Shown in pieces: positions 50,972 through 64,000 of a DNA stretch of 64,000 nucleotides (position 1 is the stretch's first letter; the number at the start of each line of letters is the position of its first letter). Position numbers and translations under genes: made by a program. Source of the DNA: Antedon mediterranea (lineage: Eukaryota > Animalia > Echinodermata); assembly GCF_964355755.1 (NCBI RefSeq), contig NC_092671.1, positions 24,254,070 to 24,318,069 on the forward strand. Reading direction: 5' to 3'. The notes beneath the pieces are model-generated. The model made no database searches. It was not told the origin of the DNA and worked only from the letters and a program-made list of their open reading frames with translations.

Positions 50972-52978
50972 TAGTCCAGTAAAAAATCACCCTCACCATG
51001 GTATAAGAACGTACCCTAATAAAATTTCATCCGTAGGTTCTATGTATAAAGGTAATAACATTTCTTGATGTTGCGTCTTGCAAAACTTGGGATTTTACGA
51101 GAAAATTAGACTTTTATACCCAATTTATAACCGCCTCATGTCGTATTATTGTGTACAGCGAATGCGACGAAGCGTGACTGAAATTACGAGACGCCGTTAG
51201 CGCCCGTTGAAAAATGCATTAACAAAGCTAAAAACCTACAAAATTAATAGTTTATACAACAATTTAAATATAGTTTACAATAAATTGTATAATAAAATAC
51301 ATAACTTATAAAGAAAACCCAAGTATAAACTAAAATATTTACAGATTTAACTGTTTTATTCTTTTACATTTAATTAATTAATTAATTAATCTTCATCTTC
51401 ACTTTTGAGGAAAATAGCCTCTTTTAGGTTTAAAACGTCATTTATAAGCATTTGAATAAGCCAACAAATTAAACTACTGTTTTCTCCCAAGCTTTTTAAA
51501 TATTATTTAAATGCATTAAAATGCGTCGAACTCGGCGGATAACAATATTTGAAATAAAAATGCATATAAAACTTTTGTTCCGGACTTTACTTTTTTTGTC
51601 CCAAGTTAGAACTTTCAGGCCGTGGAGGTGAACTGATTGTTTATGACATGCTTTTTTGTATAAAGTGTCCAATAATAATTATCATTGTAGGACTACTCTC
51701 CACCAAAAAACTTTATATTAGAAAGTATTTAATACGTCACGTCTTTAAAAAAGGAGAATTGGGTAATACAGTATGTAGTTTCTCGCGAATCTTACATCAC
51801 ACTCCAACATTCTCACTCTCTTTTATTTAGTGGAAAAACACTTTAACTTTAGAATGCTTTGAATTCTGGAAGACGACTTCGAACTTAAGGAATCGTCATG
51901 AATGACGTTTATTGGCTCAAACTTCACACATCGGTACGATGTGAAGGCCAGACGGATTCAGAGAGGATCAAACCGGCTCCTCCTCCCCATTGGCAGTGGG
52001 GCAGCGGTGGGTGGCGGCGGGTGAAAGGGGAAAATGAAAAATGTTGATTCAGACGAATGCCAACCAGCCCCTTTGATACGCTCTTAATAATTGTTGGAAA
52101 GTGAACGTAGGTCTACTTGAGGTAGTATCTTTCGTATAGGCCTACGTGAAATGGATTATCTTTAAATAATTGGTTCTTACTCTAATTAAGATTATAATCG
52201 CGAATGATAGTTCAAAATATGCTATGCATTGTGATATCCACGCAAGTAGGCCTATGCTGTGAAAAAAAAGAATTTCCAAAATAAAAAACCAGCAGAACTA
52301 GTAGATCATTACGCTTCAGCAGATATACAAATATACACTTAATCCATAATGATGGTATATTGGAGGTTGTAATGTGTTTAAATATATACAATCCGTTTTT
52401 CCATGATAAAAAATACAAATAAATTTGTGATAATAAAATATTCTGCCTCTTTCGTAAAAAAAGACAATAACTAACAAACCGCATCCAGGTTTCGTATATT
52501 AATGCCGTGTAATGCCGTGCCGTATAACCATCCATACAAGTCCGATAAAAGTATGACGCGTGAGGGCGCACTTTATTTTATGGAAGGCCATTTTTAAACA
52601 CATATTTGTAAATATTTTAGTTTGTACTTGGATTTTCTTTATAAGTTATGTATTTTATTATACAATTTATTGTAAACTATATTTAAATTATTGTATAAAC
52701 TATTAATTTTGTAGGTTTTTAGCTTTGTTAATGCATTTTTCAACGGGTGCTAACAGCGTCTCGTAATTTCAGTCATGCTTCGTCGCATTCGCTGTACACA
52801 ATAATACGACATGAGGCGGTTATAAATTGGGTATAAAAGTCTAATTTTCTCGTAAAATCCCAAGTTTTGCAAGACGCAACATCAAGAAATGTTATTACCT
52901 TTATACATAGAACTTACGGATGAAATTTTATTAGGGTACGTTCTTATACCATGGTGAGGGTGATTTTTGACTGGACTA
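50972..52978. mobile_element. Non-autonomous Academ-type element with about 370-bp TIRs
   Basis: TAGTCCAGT...ACTGGACTA termini, 3-bp TSD TTA, near-perfect long TIRs. Confidence 0.85.
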
Positions 52979-53078
52979 TTACTTATTAATCTTATATTGG
53001 CCATTTTTTGTTTCCTTCTATATTTGCACAATAACATAGATGATTATTCCACATAAACTAGTTTCAGTTTGTTGTTAA

Positions 53079-53678
53079 AGCTCAGGTACAGGCATGAATT
53101 TTAAATATAATATCTGGTTAATTGTACATAAATCAAATATTTGTAATAGAAATCAAGACGAAAAACCATGAATTTCCCCTAATATGGTCAAATACAAAAT
53201 TTGGCAAAATTCTGCCAAAAAAAACCAGGAAGACTTTTTTTTCAGTAGTTACAGTAGGTAGTTAACATAATGTAATAACATGTCTGGTGACTCCCTAGAA
53301 GGTGAAAAAAGATGGTGGATATACGGTGGATAATTTTTGCTATAGCATGAAAATAAAATTCTTAAGTTGAATAAAAATACAAGAAATGTAAAATTCAAGT
53401 TATATTACCTATATTTAGTCATCTGATAACATTTTTTACCACACTGTTTATTTTTCATAGCTTTTTAAAATGCCTGTCTATTTTCAAAATTTGTGTACAA
53501 AAGAATAGAGATTTTACTGTGTAATTTGTACTATCCCCCCACTGATATGAAAGTGCTAATTTTCAACAAGCTCCTGTAACACAAATAAAATCCCAAAAAT
53601 TATGAAACATAGGAGAAACTATAGATCGATAATTATTGGAATGTATGATCAATAGAAATTTTTGCCCGCACCTGGCCT
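53079..53678. mobile_element. Kolobok-like MITE
   Basis: TTAA|AGCTCAGGTACAGGCA...TGCCCGCACCTGGCCT|TTAA. Confidence 0.6.
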
Positions 53679-54489
53679 TTAAAACAACAAATATTAATTA
53701 TTGAAAAATAGTTTTGACAAATAAAAAAAAATCTACAGTATACAAAACATATTTAACCCTTATGTATCAAGTTTTTTTTATTATTAAAGCACTTAACTAT
53801 ATTGATTATTATTATTGCTATTCTAGATCTTAGAGAACTAAATAAATTAATTTTAAAATGAAATGAAGAAATTTAAAGAATTAAAGAAACTTATTCTTAA
53901 AATATACATTTTTTTTTCTTTCCAAAAGATATAACTAACTCTATTTGCACTTTTACTCCATTTTCTTGAAGAGTGTAAAAGATGGTTTTTGCAATCAGTT
54001 GTAACTAGCAGTCTTGAAATGGAATAACAACCATTTTATTGTAATATTATATCCAATCAATTCGGTTGATTCTCCTGAGGATTGATAACACTTAAATTAA
54101 ATTATGCATTGTGTTTGTTGAACACTGACAATTATTATTATTATTATTACTATCAGTAACCCGTGCTCCGCATGGTCTTTGAAAGCAATACTGGATATGG
54201 GACTTTACAAAAATGAAAGTTGCTAAAGAAAAATTGTGAATATGAATTGGTAATTTATAGAATTGAGATGTGAAGTATTGGCATAATAAAAACTTGAAAT
54301 CAACACAAAAAATACATGATGTTGAAGTAAGATGATGCACGCGGACACAGGCCTATAAAATACCAAACTATATTTCAGGTGTATTTTTCGTTGTGATATT
54401 TTGTTTGTCAGAATTTTTCCTTAATCCATTTTTTTTTGTTCATTTACATTTTTGTAATTAGATTATTAGATTGAGGTCTAGTTTTGATT

Positions 54490-54954
54490 TTTAGATTTAA
54501 CCATGTTGCGGATTTGAACTCGAATGTACTAAACATTGATATCAATGGTCACGGCGATTTGCTCACTGAGGCAAACCGTGATTTACAAAATACATTCTGT
54601 TCCAAGGATAGGTGTAATTAATTAAAACTTCAACAGTGCGATCATTCGATATGGTTGACTAAAGACTGTTTATTTAGCGGCCCGGCATGGTATTTGTAGA
54701 TCCGGCCATGGCGGTACACTAAAGAGAAGGTTGCGTAGTTTATACAGTGACGTAACATGGTCGCTGAGATGTCTAATTACTACTATTTTTTGCCTTTTTT
54801 AGTGTTTATCCTTAAAAGTCAGGAACGTGACATAGCCTACCGTGTGCGGCCCCTCAATAAACATCAGTGTGCCAAATGTGAGCATGTATCTTTCAGTGGT
54901 TTTGGAGGAGATACGTAAAATTATGTGAAACATTTAGTAGCATTAATATATAGA
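54490..54954 (-). mobile_element. Helitron-like non-autonomous repeat (5' portion)
   Basis: Minus strand begins A|TCTATATATTAATGCT; homologous, inverted, to 61313-61745. Confidence 0.55.
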
Positions 54955-55075
54955 TTGTTGTCGTTGTCGTCGTCATCAACTCCGGAATGCCTCCGCAGTT
55001 TTGCTTTTGGTGTGAAAGGGGTATATATTATACTGTATGGTAATATTAAATAAGATTTGTTTGCGTTTTTTTCAG

Positions 55076-55134
55076 CTGGAATTTTTGGAGATTAGTCATT
55101 TGTCATTTGTCAATGATCTTGGACCAAAAGGAAA
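55076..55134 (+). CDS. PLD1: PLD coding exon 6 (end of PX)
   Basis: ttcag|...|gtaaga; LEFLEISHLSFVNDLGPKGK. Confidence 0.95.
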
Positions 55135-55407
55135 GTAAGATAAACATTTGTTACTTCATTTATCCCAAAGTATGTATATATAAGTGGGATGATGGTCGGT
55201 AAACACTAACTTGAGCATGCGACTGCAGCCATGTTTATGGCCGTGTTACCTTTTAATCTTTGTTTCATTTGATAAAGTGAATTTTTTAAAGAAGGGTAGT
55301 TTGAGAAACACGTCCCAGGCTTATCACATGACTTACACTTACAGTATATTCTCTTGTTAAGTTGGATATTGTGGTTTTCAAATTATGTGGTGTTTTTTTT
55401 TTTTCAG

Positions 55408-55512
55408 AGAAGGATGGGTTGAGAAACGGTCTGGGGGTCATCATGTGGCTCAAGGGTGTTGTGGTTGTATGTCATACTGTATTGAATGCTTCACTGCACA
55501 CTATAACAAAAG
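55408..55512 (+). CDS. PLD1: PLD coding exon 7 (PH domain start, Cys cluster)
   Basis: ttcag|...|gtattt; EGWVEKRSGGHHVAQGCCGCMSYCIECFTAHYNKR. Confidence 0.95.
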
Positions 55513-55629
55513 GTATTTAGACTAATTCAGAGGCTAGAGATATTTCAGCATATTTAAAGCTTTTCATACTTGGCCTTTAAATTTACATTATTAAATTGTT
55601 TAAATTATGAATAAATTCTAATTAAGGTA

Positions 55630-55771
55630 AGGTAAAACTTATTTGCTGACAGTTGGGTACCCATCTCCCATTGTGTGCATTTGCGAGTCTGACTTTCTCA
55701 ACAATGCAGTGACCGAACCGGAGCTTGGGATGCGAGTGCAATGCTCTTACTACTGCGCTACAGTTCCCCAC
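55630..55771 (-). mobile_element. Degenerate tRNA-derived SINE
   Basis: Minus strand TAGCGCAGTAG...GGTTCGGTC. Confidence 0.5.
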
Positions 55772-58365
55772 CATTTCTAATTAAAAATTATAAAATCATG
55801 AAGGAGTATACACAATCTAAGCCTGAGCAACAAGGAAACAAGATTCTTTTCAAATACATTGTGACCCCTTTGGTGATTAGTTTGCAATTGATCTTTATGC
55901 TGGTTTAACACAAGACAAGCTTAACAGCTTCCCAGCTTAACTTTGCCTGGCTGGCTTTAATGCAATAACCCAGCATAGTTAGACTTGAGAATAATTTACA
56001 AGGTGAGATGCATATTTGAATTTGTTACCTAATTTGCAAAAAAAAAAAAACTTTTATTATAATTATTATTAGTATTATTTCTGTATTCATTTGAGTATAA
56101 TACTAAGTATATAGGTTAAACAATTTAAATATTAAAGACGAAATAAATTAATAAATAAAACACAATATGCAGAAAGTTTATGTGGATGCAGCTGGTACAA
56201 CAATGAAAGCCAAGCTATTCAAGATTTGAAGTTAATATTGGTGTTAATTTAAATTATTAAATATGTATTGTTCCCAAAAACATGAAAAAAATAATCAAAT
56301 CAGACTTTGAATAGACCGTTTTGCAGTATTAAGTAATATTCACATCTAAAGAAAAAAAAACAACAAAAATAATGATGTCGACCTACAACTAGCTGTCAGG
56401 TCCTGGATCATTATACTCCAATAAAGCAGGAAAACTGCATCACACTAGAGTTTGTATGACCAGACCTTTAGTTGTTGATATGACTGGGTTTGATTGTGGG
56501 TTGTGATTTCATTGTCCATTATGCGGAAATTTTTCCATTTTTAAATTGAGAAATTTTAACAAAGTTCAATATGTTGTGTGGTAATTCATTCCAATGTTTC
56601 ATACATCAAAGACTACTTTTTGGTAATTCTTATTTCAAAGTATTGAATACTAAATTAGCTGATAGACCATTAGCCACCTGAATTATAGTTATCTTACCAA
56701 AATTCTTTCGGACATTCAATTTCGCTCTGAAACCCAGCTTTACCAATCTGTGTCAACATTATTTAAACTGTGATTTTCTTGAATCTAATGTTAATGTTAA
56801 ATTTGATCCTCTACAATATGGTTTTGTTAATGATACAGCAATGGCAGCTGTGAATGTCAATGATGTTATACAGTAGTACTATAGTATTAATAAACCAAGG
56901 TTCTACTGTATTCATTTTTTCCCTTGGAGCTGAGGAAGCAATTATATATAAATTTACTTAAATTTATATATAAATCGCGAGTTATTTCTAGAATTTTTAC
57001 TCAATGGTATGTAAAGTTGGTTCGTACTTTTGGTACTGATTTTAACCATCTGAACCAACTATGTTTACTAATTAAATTGAGTTAGATAATTAGTTATTGA
57101 CAATTAAAACGAATTTAGGTTCAACGATTTGTGTTTTTCGATCGTGGTACACTGTCTAATGGATGTCCATCTTGAAAAATACCCGCACACAATAATACGA
57201 GGATGCTTCGCATTTTTCTACCTCCTCCTACGATAATTGTTTTTAATTGCTAAAAAGCGGTTGAACAGCTAGAGTACAGCATCATAGTGTTGAAGAAAAA
57301 ATACTATTTTGATAGATTTAATATACATTTATACAAATGTATTGATTTGCGATGAATGGAACATCCCAATTTATTTAGTTTAACCTCGGAGGTATACCTC
57401 AATGGTTTATTTATTTATTTATTTATTCTTTCTTTTGACTGGATTGCATTTTCAGTAACGCAGTACTGCTTTCCAAAATGGTCCAGTTATAAGTTTATAG
57501 GTAAGTTTATGGGCCCTTGGAGAATAAACATAATTAGTATTGCAATGCTATACAGTACTGTAAATAGGTATTAACCACTTTTGATCACCATTTGAATTGC
57601 AAATTTCAGTGTTGGTACTGTTAGATATAATATAATACAAAACAAATATACAAATAAACTTTTTTACTGTGAGTGTGAGTAGCTATGGTACTTCGATTAT
57701 AAACACATAATATACAAATGAACTTTATTACTGACAGCTGCTTCTCAACGTTTGTATTAATTAATAATTACAAAATATATAAACATCATAGTGGTATATT
57801 GTTACATGTACTTTTCAATCGACTATGACAGTGACAGTTTTAACAAAGTATTAATCGCAAATGTTTTACTGTATTTAGTGGTATATTATTTATAGGCCTA
57901 AAAAACAGGAAATAAAAAAATGTTTGTTAGGCCTACTGAGTGGAGAGAATATATTAAAAAAGTGTTCCTCTTTGTACCTATCCTCTTCCCCATCCCTCAA
58001 CCCTAATGTTACATGCAAAATACAAATTGGGTTTGTTTATCAATCAAAAATTTTGACTCATTTTGTGACAAGTTTCTCTTTTGGAAGTAGTTCCCAGGGT
58101 GCTAATTTTGGTTGACTACATAAATCATTGTGTCTATTTCGTTTCTGTAAACGACAATGTATTCGAGAAACAACCTAGATGACCATCTAGGGCTAGGAAG
58201 TTCTCGCCGTTCATTTTTTAATTTGTTCTACTGGGACATGGTATCTGAATTAAATGCTATGGAGTTTGATATGTCAATTCATCTTTTAATGTATTTTGTT
58301 ATGACGATGACTTTCTCCTTTTTATCTTAACATAAACTGATTTGCATACTGATAATTGTGTTAAT

Positions 58366-59035
58366 TTACCTCCGCCAAGGAGGTATATGTAATCGGTAGC
58401 GTGTGTTTGTTTGTTTGTTTGTTTGTTAGCAGGATTACTCAAAAAGTAATTACAAGATCTTTACCAAAATGAATAGACAGATAGATATGTGGTCAAGGAC
58501 CATTCCATTACATTTTGGGACCATTTGGGACCACAGTCCCAATTCTGGACCACTTTTTAGTATACTTTTTAGTATACTTTTTTAGACCTGCTAGTGTTAA
58601 AAGATAGGACAGAATTTTTCAAAAGCCGGCGAGCATTCTTAAAGTAACAAGTAAACTGAAATTGCATTTTCTCGAGAACTACACTGGTCCAAAAAACTTC
58701 ATTTTTGAACAAGAGGCAAGAGTTAAAATTTGTGATTTGTAATTATAAAACATAATTTGATTTAATGTGCAGGTTTGTTGATGCGAGTAGTTTAAAAAAC
58801 CTATTTCTTTTCAAATTCACTCGTTTGATTTTCGCGTTGCTGTTCTATTGTTAGTCAACTGAAGCTATTGTTAATTGAAAGGCTTGTTACATAACCATTA
58901 CACCAAACTCGCATACACATGCTTGTAATGAAATTAGCCTAAATCACAAACAGCATTAAGACACACACAAATATATATATATATATTTTTTACCGGAGAA
59001 ATCTTATGTAGGAGAATTTTACAATTTTTCTAGTT
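58366..59035 (+). mobile_element. Helentron/DINE-like element
   Basis: TTACCTCCGCCAAGGAGGT hairpin start, (GTTT)n microsatellite, CTAGTT end. Confidence 0.75.
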
Positions 59036-59974
59036 AGTACTGTATCATGTTTTGCCATTAATTCCGAACAAGACAACTTGTAAAATATCTGGAATAATGT
59101 TAATCCTAAAACCATGTTGTTTCCTCGATAATTGTAATCTAAAAGTCACAGATTCTGTAATAATATATCTTGGTGTCACTTTCAATGACATAAAATCCTC
59201 TTGTTTAGACTGAATAAATGCAATTTACGCCCCACTGGAAAACTATAATATTATCAATTTTAACATTTATTAATATAAATGTTATTAGTACAATTCAAAA
59301 ATTTAAAAAACAGTGATGGGTTATAAGTACTATAGGAATACACCTGTATTATGTAATAAATAAAGGTTGAAAGTTCTATAATGGTAAACATATACTCGGT
59401 AATACAGTAACTGGAAATAAAAAGACATATAACTATAAATATATATCCATCTTGCTAATACTCTGATAGATAAGATTAAGTATGCTTACATAACTCCTGC
59501 CTGTCAAACCATATCTTCGATAAGTGAAGATGATGGACAAACAACTAAAAAGTTGTGAATGCAATCACCGTAGGCGTATGTGACACCGTTACAACAGTAT
59601 TTAAAATAGCCCCATACACATACAAATAACAGCCATATTAATTATCTTAAAGTCTTACTGAGGGCGTTCTAGGTATTATATTGTTTCCATTTTGTTTTAT
59701 TTGCATTGCTTTTGGTAATGTATCTGTACATTTCTGGAGGCTTTATCAATTAAATTGAATATATGTTTTGCCTTACATTTTTTTTTAAAATTATTTATTC
59801 AAAGGAATTTACTTAATCTGAAAGAGATAGGTTAATTTTAGTATTTATAAGATGTTTTATGACATTATTGATAAAGAGCAGAGTCAATTACACTGTTATC
59901 GTGATTAAATGCTTTGTTACATTTTTCAATGAAATAATAAATAATGTAATAACCACATTTAATATATTGTGTAG

Positions 59975-60127
59975 GTGGTTTGTTGCCAAAGACTCGTTTG
60001 TTGCTTACGTGCAACCAGATGATGGACATCTACGAGCTGTCTTACTTATGGACAGACATTTTGTTGCTAGAAGTGGGAAGGAACATCTTGGTGATATAAG
60101 AAGTCTTTTAATCTCAAATCAGTTCAG
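59975..60127 (+). CDS. PLD1: PLD coding exon 8 (PH domain)
   Basis: gtag|...|gtaccc; WFVAKDSFVAYVQPDDGHLRAVLLMDRHF...LLISNQFR. Confidence 0.95.
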
Positions 60128-60468
60128 GTACCCTTCTACTTTAAACAAATAAATATATGGTCAGCTCTAGCTATACATTGCAAATTTCATTAGGTTTTTC
60201 AGCAAAATTATCAACACATGTACACTTATTAGTATTATTCATTTTGTGAATAATTGCTATATTACAGTGTCATAAAAACTCTTAAGTGTTGCAATGAAAT
60301 CGAATTAATGATGATTGGATAGGCCTACTAAAAGATGCATTGTACTTTAGTTCCTTTACTAGAAGTCTTTTAAAACAGAGCAAAGTTTGTAATGTACTTG
60401 GTCATGTGAAACACATATATTTAACTGACTGGTTATTAGTCAGGTCATTGTTTCATTTGTGTTTGTAG

Positions 60469-60615
60469 GGATCTTGTTGTGAGGTGCCGTAATCGACACA
60501 TTGCACGCGAATGGATGGTACAGATTATGTTAATGGCTGAGGCATGTGAATACACATACAGCAACCAACGATTTGACTCATTTGCTCCAGTACGTACTGC
60601 AAGTTATGCCAAATG
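60469..60615 (+). CDS. PLD1: PLD coding exon 9 (end of PH, RFDSFAP motif)
   Basis: gtag|...|gtatgt; DLVVRCRNRHIAREWM...NQRFDSFAPVRTASYAKW. Confidence 0.95.
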
Positions 60616-61312
60616 GTATGTGCCATATCTTGGAAATTTGTTTTGTATGTAATTTACTTTTCATTCATCTAGATTATAAAATTAGAAAACCTTAAAGAAA
60701 CCCTAAGAAGATTCTGCAATTTCTGTTTTCTGTCTAATTCATCATTGAGTGAGATTGAATTACATTGAATAAGTAATGTTATACTCAGTGAAGTTAATAT
60801 CGTAATTGTGTTAGATTTATAGACTGTATGAAATCATACCTAGTTGTACGTCAATCCACTTTATTTCTTAGCTGCTGAAAATAGTGAATAGAACATTGAG
60901 CAATGAATTTGATAGTGACCATATTTTTATATTGTTTGAAGGTTTGCATGGCAAAATCAAATGTTGATATAAAGTTTGCGGTAATAATATCAACCATATT
61001 TTTATTAGCAATTCTATAGTGAGGTTCTTAATGTGTTTTTTAAATATAACTATTCTATTTTAGATCACATGCAATGCAATCAATACATAGTGAAAATACA
61101 CTGTAAATGAATTGTTTATATTAAGCCAATTCAAAGCCTAGTTGTTTGTTTGTAATTTTGAGCTATGCACTTCAAACAACAATTTCAATGTTGAAGTTTT
61201 ACAGAGCCATTTTAACAGTTTATACTAGATTTTCTACATCAGAGACAATTTTTAAATGGCACCTCTAGTAGCGAACTATTATATTCAAATCGCTAGTAGA
61301 TGAGTAATATTA

Positions 61313-61745
61313 TCTATATATTAATGCTGCTAAATTTTTTGCGTAATTTTACATACAGTATCTCTTCTGAAACCGCTGAATGTTACATGCTCACATTTGG
61401 CACACTAATGTTTCTTTACACGATAGGCTATAAGTCACCTTCCTGAATTTTAACGATAAAAACTAAAATAAGCATTTCTCAGCGGCCATGTATTTAGTGA
61501 GTTGTTACGTCACATATTAACTACACAACCTCCTCTGTTGTATACCGCTATGGCCGGATTTTAAAATAACATGCCAGGCCCCCAAATTAAAAACAGTGTT
61601 TAGTCTCGGTAGCCGGCCAACAGTATCGACTGATCACGTCGAATATCATGGCTATCTCAGTGAATAAAACACAGTGGCCATTAATATCAATGCTTAGTAC
61701 ATTCTAGTTGGCATTTGTGAACTGTGTAAATATAGATATCACCGC
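61313..61745 (+). mobile_element. Helitron-like non-autonomous repeat (5' portion)
   Basis: A|TCTATATATTAATGCTGCTAAA start; homologous to 54490-54954. Confidence 0.55.
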
Positions 61746-61752
61746 TTATAGC

Positions 61753-61900
61753 AGGGTGTGTGGCGCATTGTGTCAGACGTTGGACTACTGATCGTGAGAT
61801 TGAGGTTCGAATCAAACTCTCTCTGCATTGCTTGTATCCTTAGGCAAGATACTTTACTTATGTTTGCCTCTCCTCCACCCAGGTGTATAAATGGGTACCC
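61753..61900 (+). mobile_element. tRNA-derived SINE with Deu-like core
   Basis: GGTTCGAATC B box, TCCTTAGGCAAGATACTT, CTCCACCCAGGTGTATAAATGGGTACC. Confidence 0.75.
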
Positions 61901-62282
61901 GATTAGATCAAGACACAACTTTGCGCTGATTAACTAGGAATGAACTATTATTATTATAGCAAAAAAATAAAAACTAGACCACACTTTAATATAAAAGTAG
62001 CAAAAAAGATAAAAATAAAAGATAAAAATTAAAGCTCCCACAAAAAATTGGAAAATATCAAAAACCATTGAAATAAAAAAAAATGTAAATGAATAAAATA
62101 AACACACACAAAACGAATCCAAATATTAGAAAATGTGTGAGATCATTTGTATGATTTTGGTTGTGTTTTTCATTAGATTAATGTCCCCCTTCTTATTTGA
62201 TGTAATTAACAAAGAAAATATCAAATATTACACAAGGAAAAATGCACCCAATATATTGTTACGTTTGTCACCGAGAGCTTTA

Positions 62283-62824
62283 CCGTAAATCTTCTAATTG
62301 TAACCCTGGGTTATTATTCTTTGATTGTTTTTTAGGGTGGGTTACTATTAGAGTAGTGGGTTACTATTAGAGTAGTGGGTTACTAATAGAGTAGTGGGTT
62401 ACTATTAGAGTAGTGGGTTACTACTACTAATCTTAAATTAGGCACCTGGAAAATAGTAAACCATCCTGAACGTTTCCGGTCAGCAACTCATAGTAAAATA
62501 ATAAAATTGTACGAATAAACACATTTGGTACAACTGTAACTTTATTTTATAACTAAAAAACACTCAATCCTCCCTCACTCCTGAAATCAACATGCATTAT
62601 CTCCTTATTTCCAATATACGGCTACATCATAAGATTTTGTAACTCTTATAGTCCCCCATGGGTTACTATTAGAGTAGAGGGTTATTATTAAAAGATTTAT
62701 GGTATAAGGTGGGTTACTATTAGAAGTGGGGTTACTATTACAGTGTGGCTTACTATTAGAAGGGGGGTTACTATTACAGTGTGGGTTACTATTAGAGTTT
62801 GGGTTACTATTAGAAGATTTACGG
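62283..62824. mobile_element. pogo-like MITE with internal 18-20 bp tandem repeats
   Basis: TA|CCGTAAATCTTCTAAT...ATTAGAAGATTTACGG|TA; repeated GGGTTACTATTAGAG. Confidence 0.88.
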
Positions 62825-63481
62825 TATCTAATTTTGACTAACACCGAAACATGTAGTTTTTTTCTGTTGATTTCAAGTCCGTAAGCAGCTGTAGTTTTAT
62901 TATTCCAAAACTTCTTTCTATAAGTTACCAATTAATATTTTATCATTGAAATGTTTTAAACTGCCAACTGATTGACAGAGTTCAACCTGCATGCCCCTCT
63001 AATCTACTTCTTGCGCTCCTATTCGACATGTACATGCATGTTGTCACTTTCTGATGCACACCCTACAGTAGATTATTATTCACACAGAAAAATTTTTCTT
63101 TAGCGTCTTTATTTTCTTAACAAAATAAAGTTTCATATCCACTTACAAACAAATTTCAAAATGAAGGAATACTTTGTGTACAGCAAAATCAATGGCTCTA
63201 AATAGTTCTGAATAGTATTCTTCATACCGTTTTTTTTTTTTTTTGTAAATAATTTGTCAGAGTACTTTTGATCAGGGAAGAGTGCACTTTTAATATACTT
63301 CTATTACTCATCCCAGGCGAATTAACATATAACCACATTAGGCAGAAAAAAACATGCAGAGCATGTGTTACTGCTAGTTATAAATAATTGTTTAAAATAC
63401 TTTTAATAATATATTGTTTGAGGATTCATTTTAAGCTTGGATTGTGTCTTTGAATTTTGTTGTAATCTACATTTGTTTAAG

Positions 63482-63565
63482 GTATGTTGATGGTGAACAC
63501 TATTTTGAGTCATTAGCTGATTCTTTGGAAGAAGCACAGGAAGAAATATTCATTACTGATTGGTG
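63482..63565 (+). CDS. PLD1: PLD coding exon 10 (start of catalytic region); gene continues past the window
   Basis: ttaag|...|gtaagt; [28 protein letters not shown], a hallmark PLD1/2 segment. Confidence 0.96.
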
Positions 63566-64000
63566 GTAAGTTATTATGTGTTTTAGGAATTAGGGCTTCC
63601 TCTTAGAGGTGAATTGTAAAGCTTTGTACTATCAAATATGTACAAATAAGTACTATAGTAATATGACATCATCGTGTCCATATGGGCACATCACATCACA
63701 TTTTTTTTATATCTATATAAACTATGCTTATATATGATGTATATAAAACATGTTAGCAGGTCTATACAATATTGTTCCATATTTCTCCCTTAGTAAAATA
63801 TTATTAGTTTTAAACCAAAATTTCTGATTTCATTGTTAGATTTTGAACCGTACACAGGTGCCTAAGTCATCCCTTGGCAACTTTAATTAAGTATTTGCTG
63901 CCCTCTCTAGGCCTAGCCAGCTATGTTGGCCATTGGTGGTGATATTCATTCATGCCGTTTTGTTTATTTTCGTGAAGTTGGCAAAAATAAGATTTATACT

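Noticed and set aside
62605-62931. SNSNP-repeat ORF
   Set aside because: Translation of the MITE's internal tandem repeat

Overview
AT-rich, intron- and repeat-rich animal genomic DNA, not prokaryotic. The dense TAGGCCTA clusters and the repeat repertoire would fit a marine invertebrate such as an echinoderm, but that is inference. Almost the whole window is the 5' half of one + strand gene, a PX-PH-type phospholipase D (PLD1/PLD2 family). I can splice 10 coding exons (17474-63565) into one open frame of about 469 codons that ends in the conserved WYVDG...EEIFITDWW segment; the HKD catalytic motifs lie beyond the window. A probable bidirectional promoter and non-coding first exon sit at about 470-940. 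The introns are a nested stack of mobile elements: three Academ-type DNA transposons (TAG...CTA ends, 3-bp TSDs, XPG-like nuclease remnants), several large fold-back elements, Kolobok-like TTAA elements, pogo-like MITEs, DIRS remnants, a solo LTR, LINE fragments, tRNA-derived SINEs and Helentron/Helitron-like elements. The most unusual observations are (i) a 4.66-kb palindromic AcademX derivative built from two outward-facing 3' halves that inserted as one unit, (ii) an in-frame partial copy of a PLD exon with its splice acceptor inside a transposon 4.6 kb upstream of the real exon, (iii) a 40-codon uORF ending 2 nt before the PLD start, and (iv) inverted repeat pairs placed to drive back-splicing. 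I found no convincing wholly new intact protein-coding system; most short ORFs in the track are spurious or transposon debris. Coordinates were counted by eye, identity figures are rough visual estimates, and repeat boundaries without a TSD are approximate.
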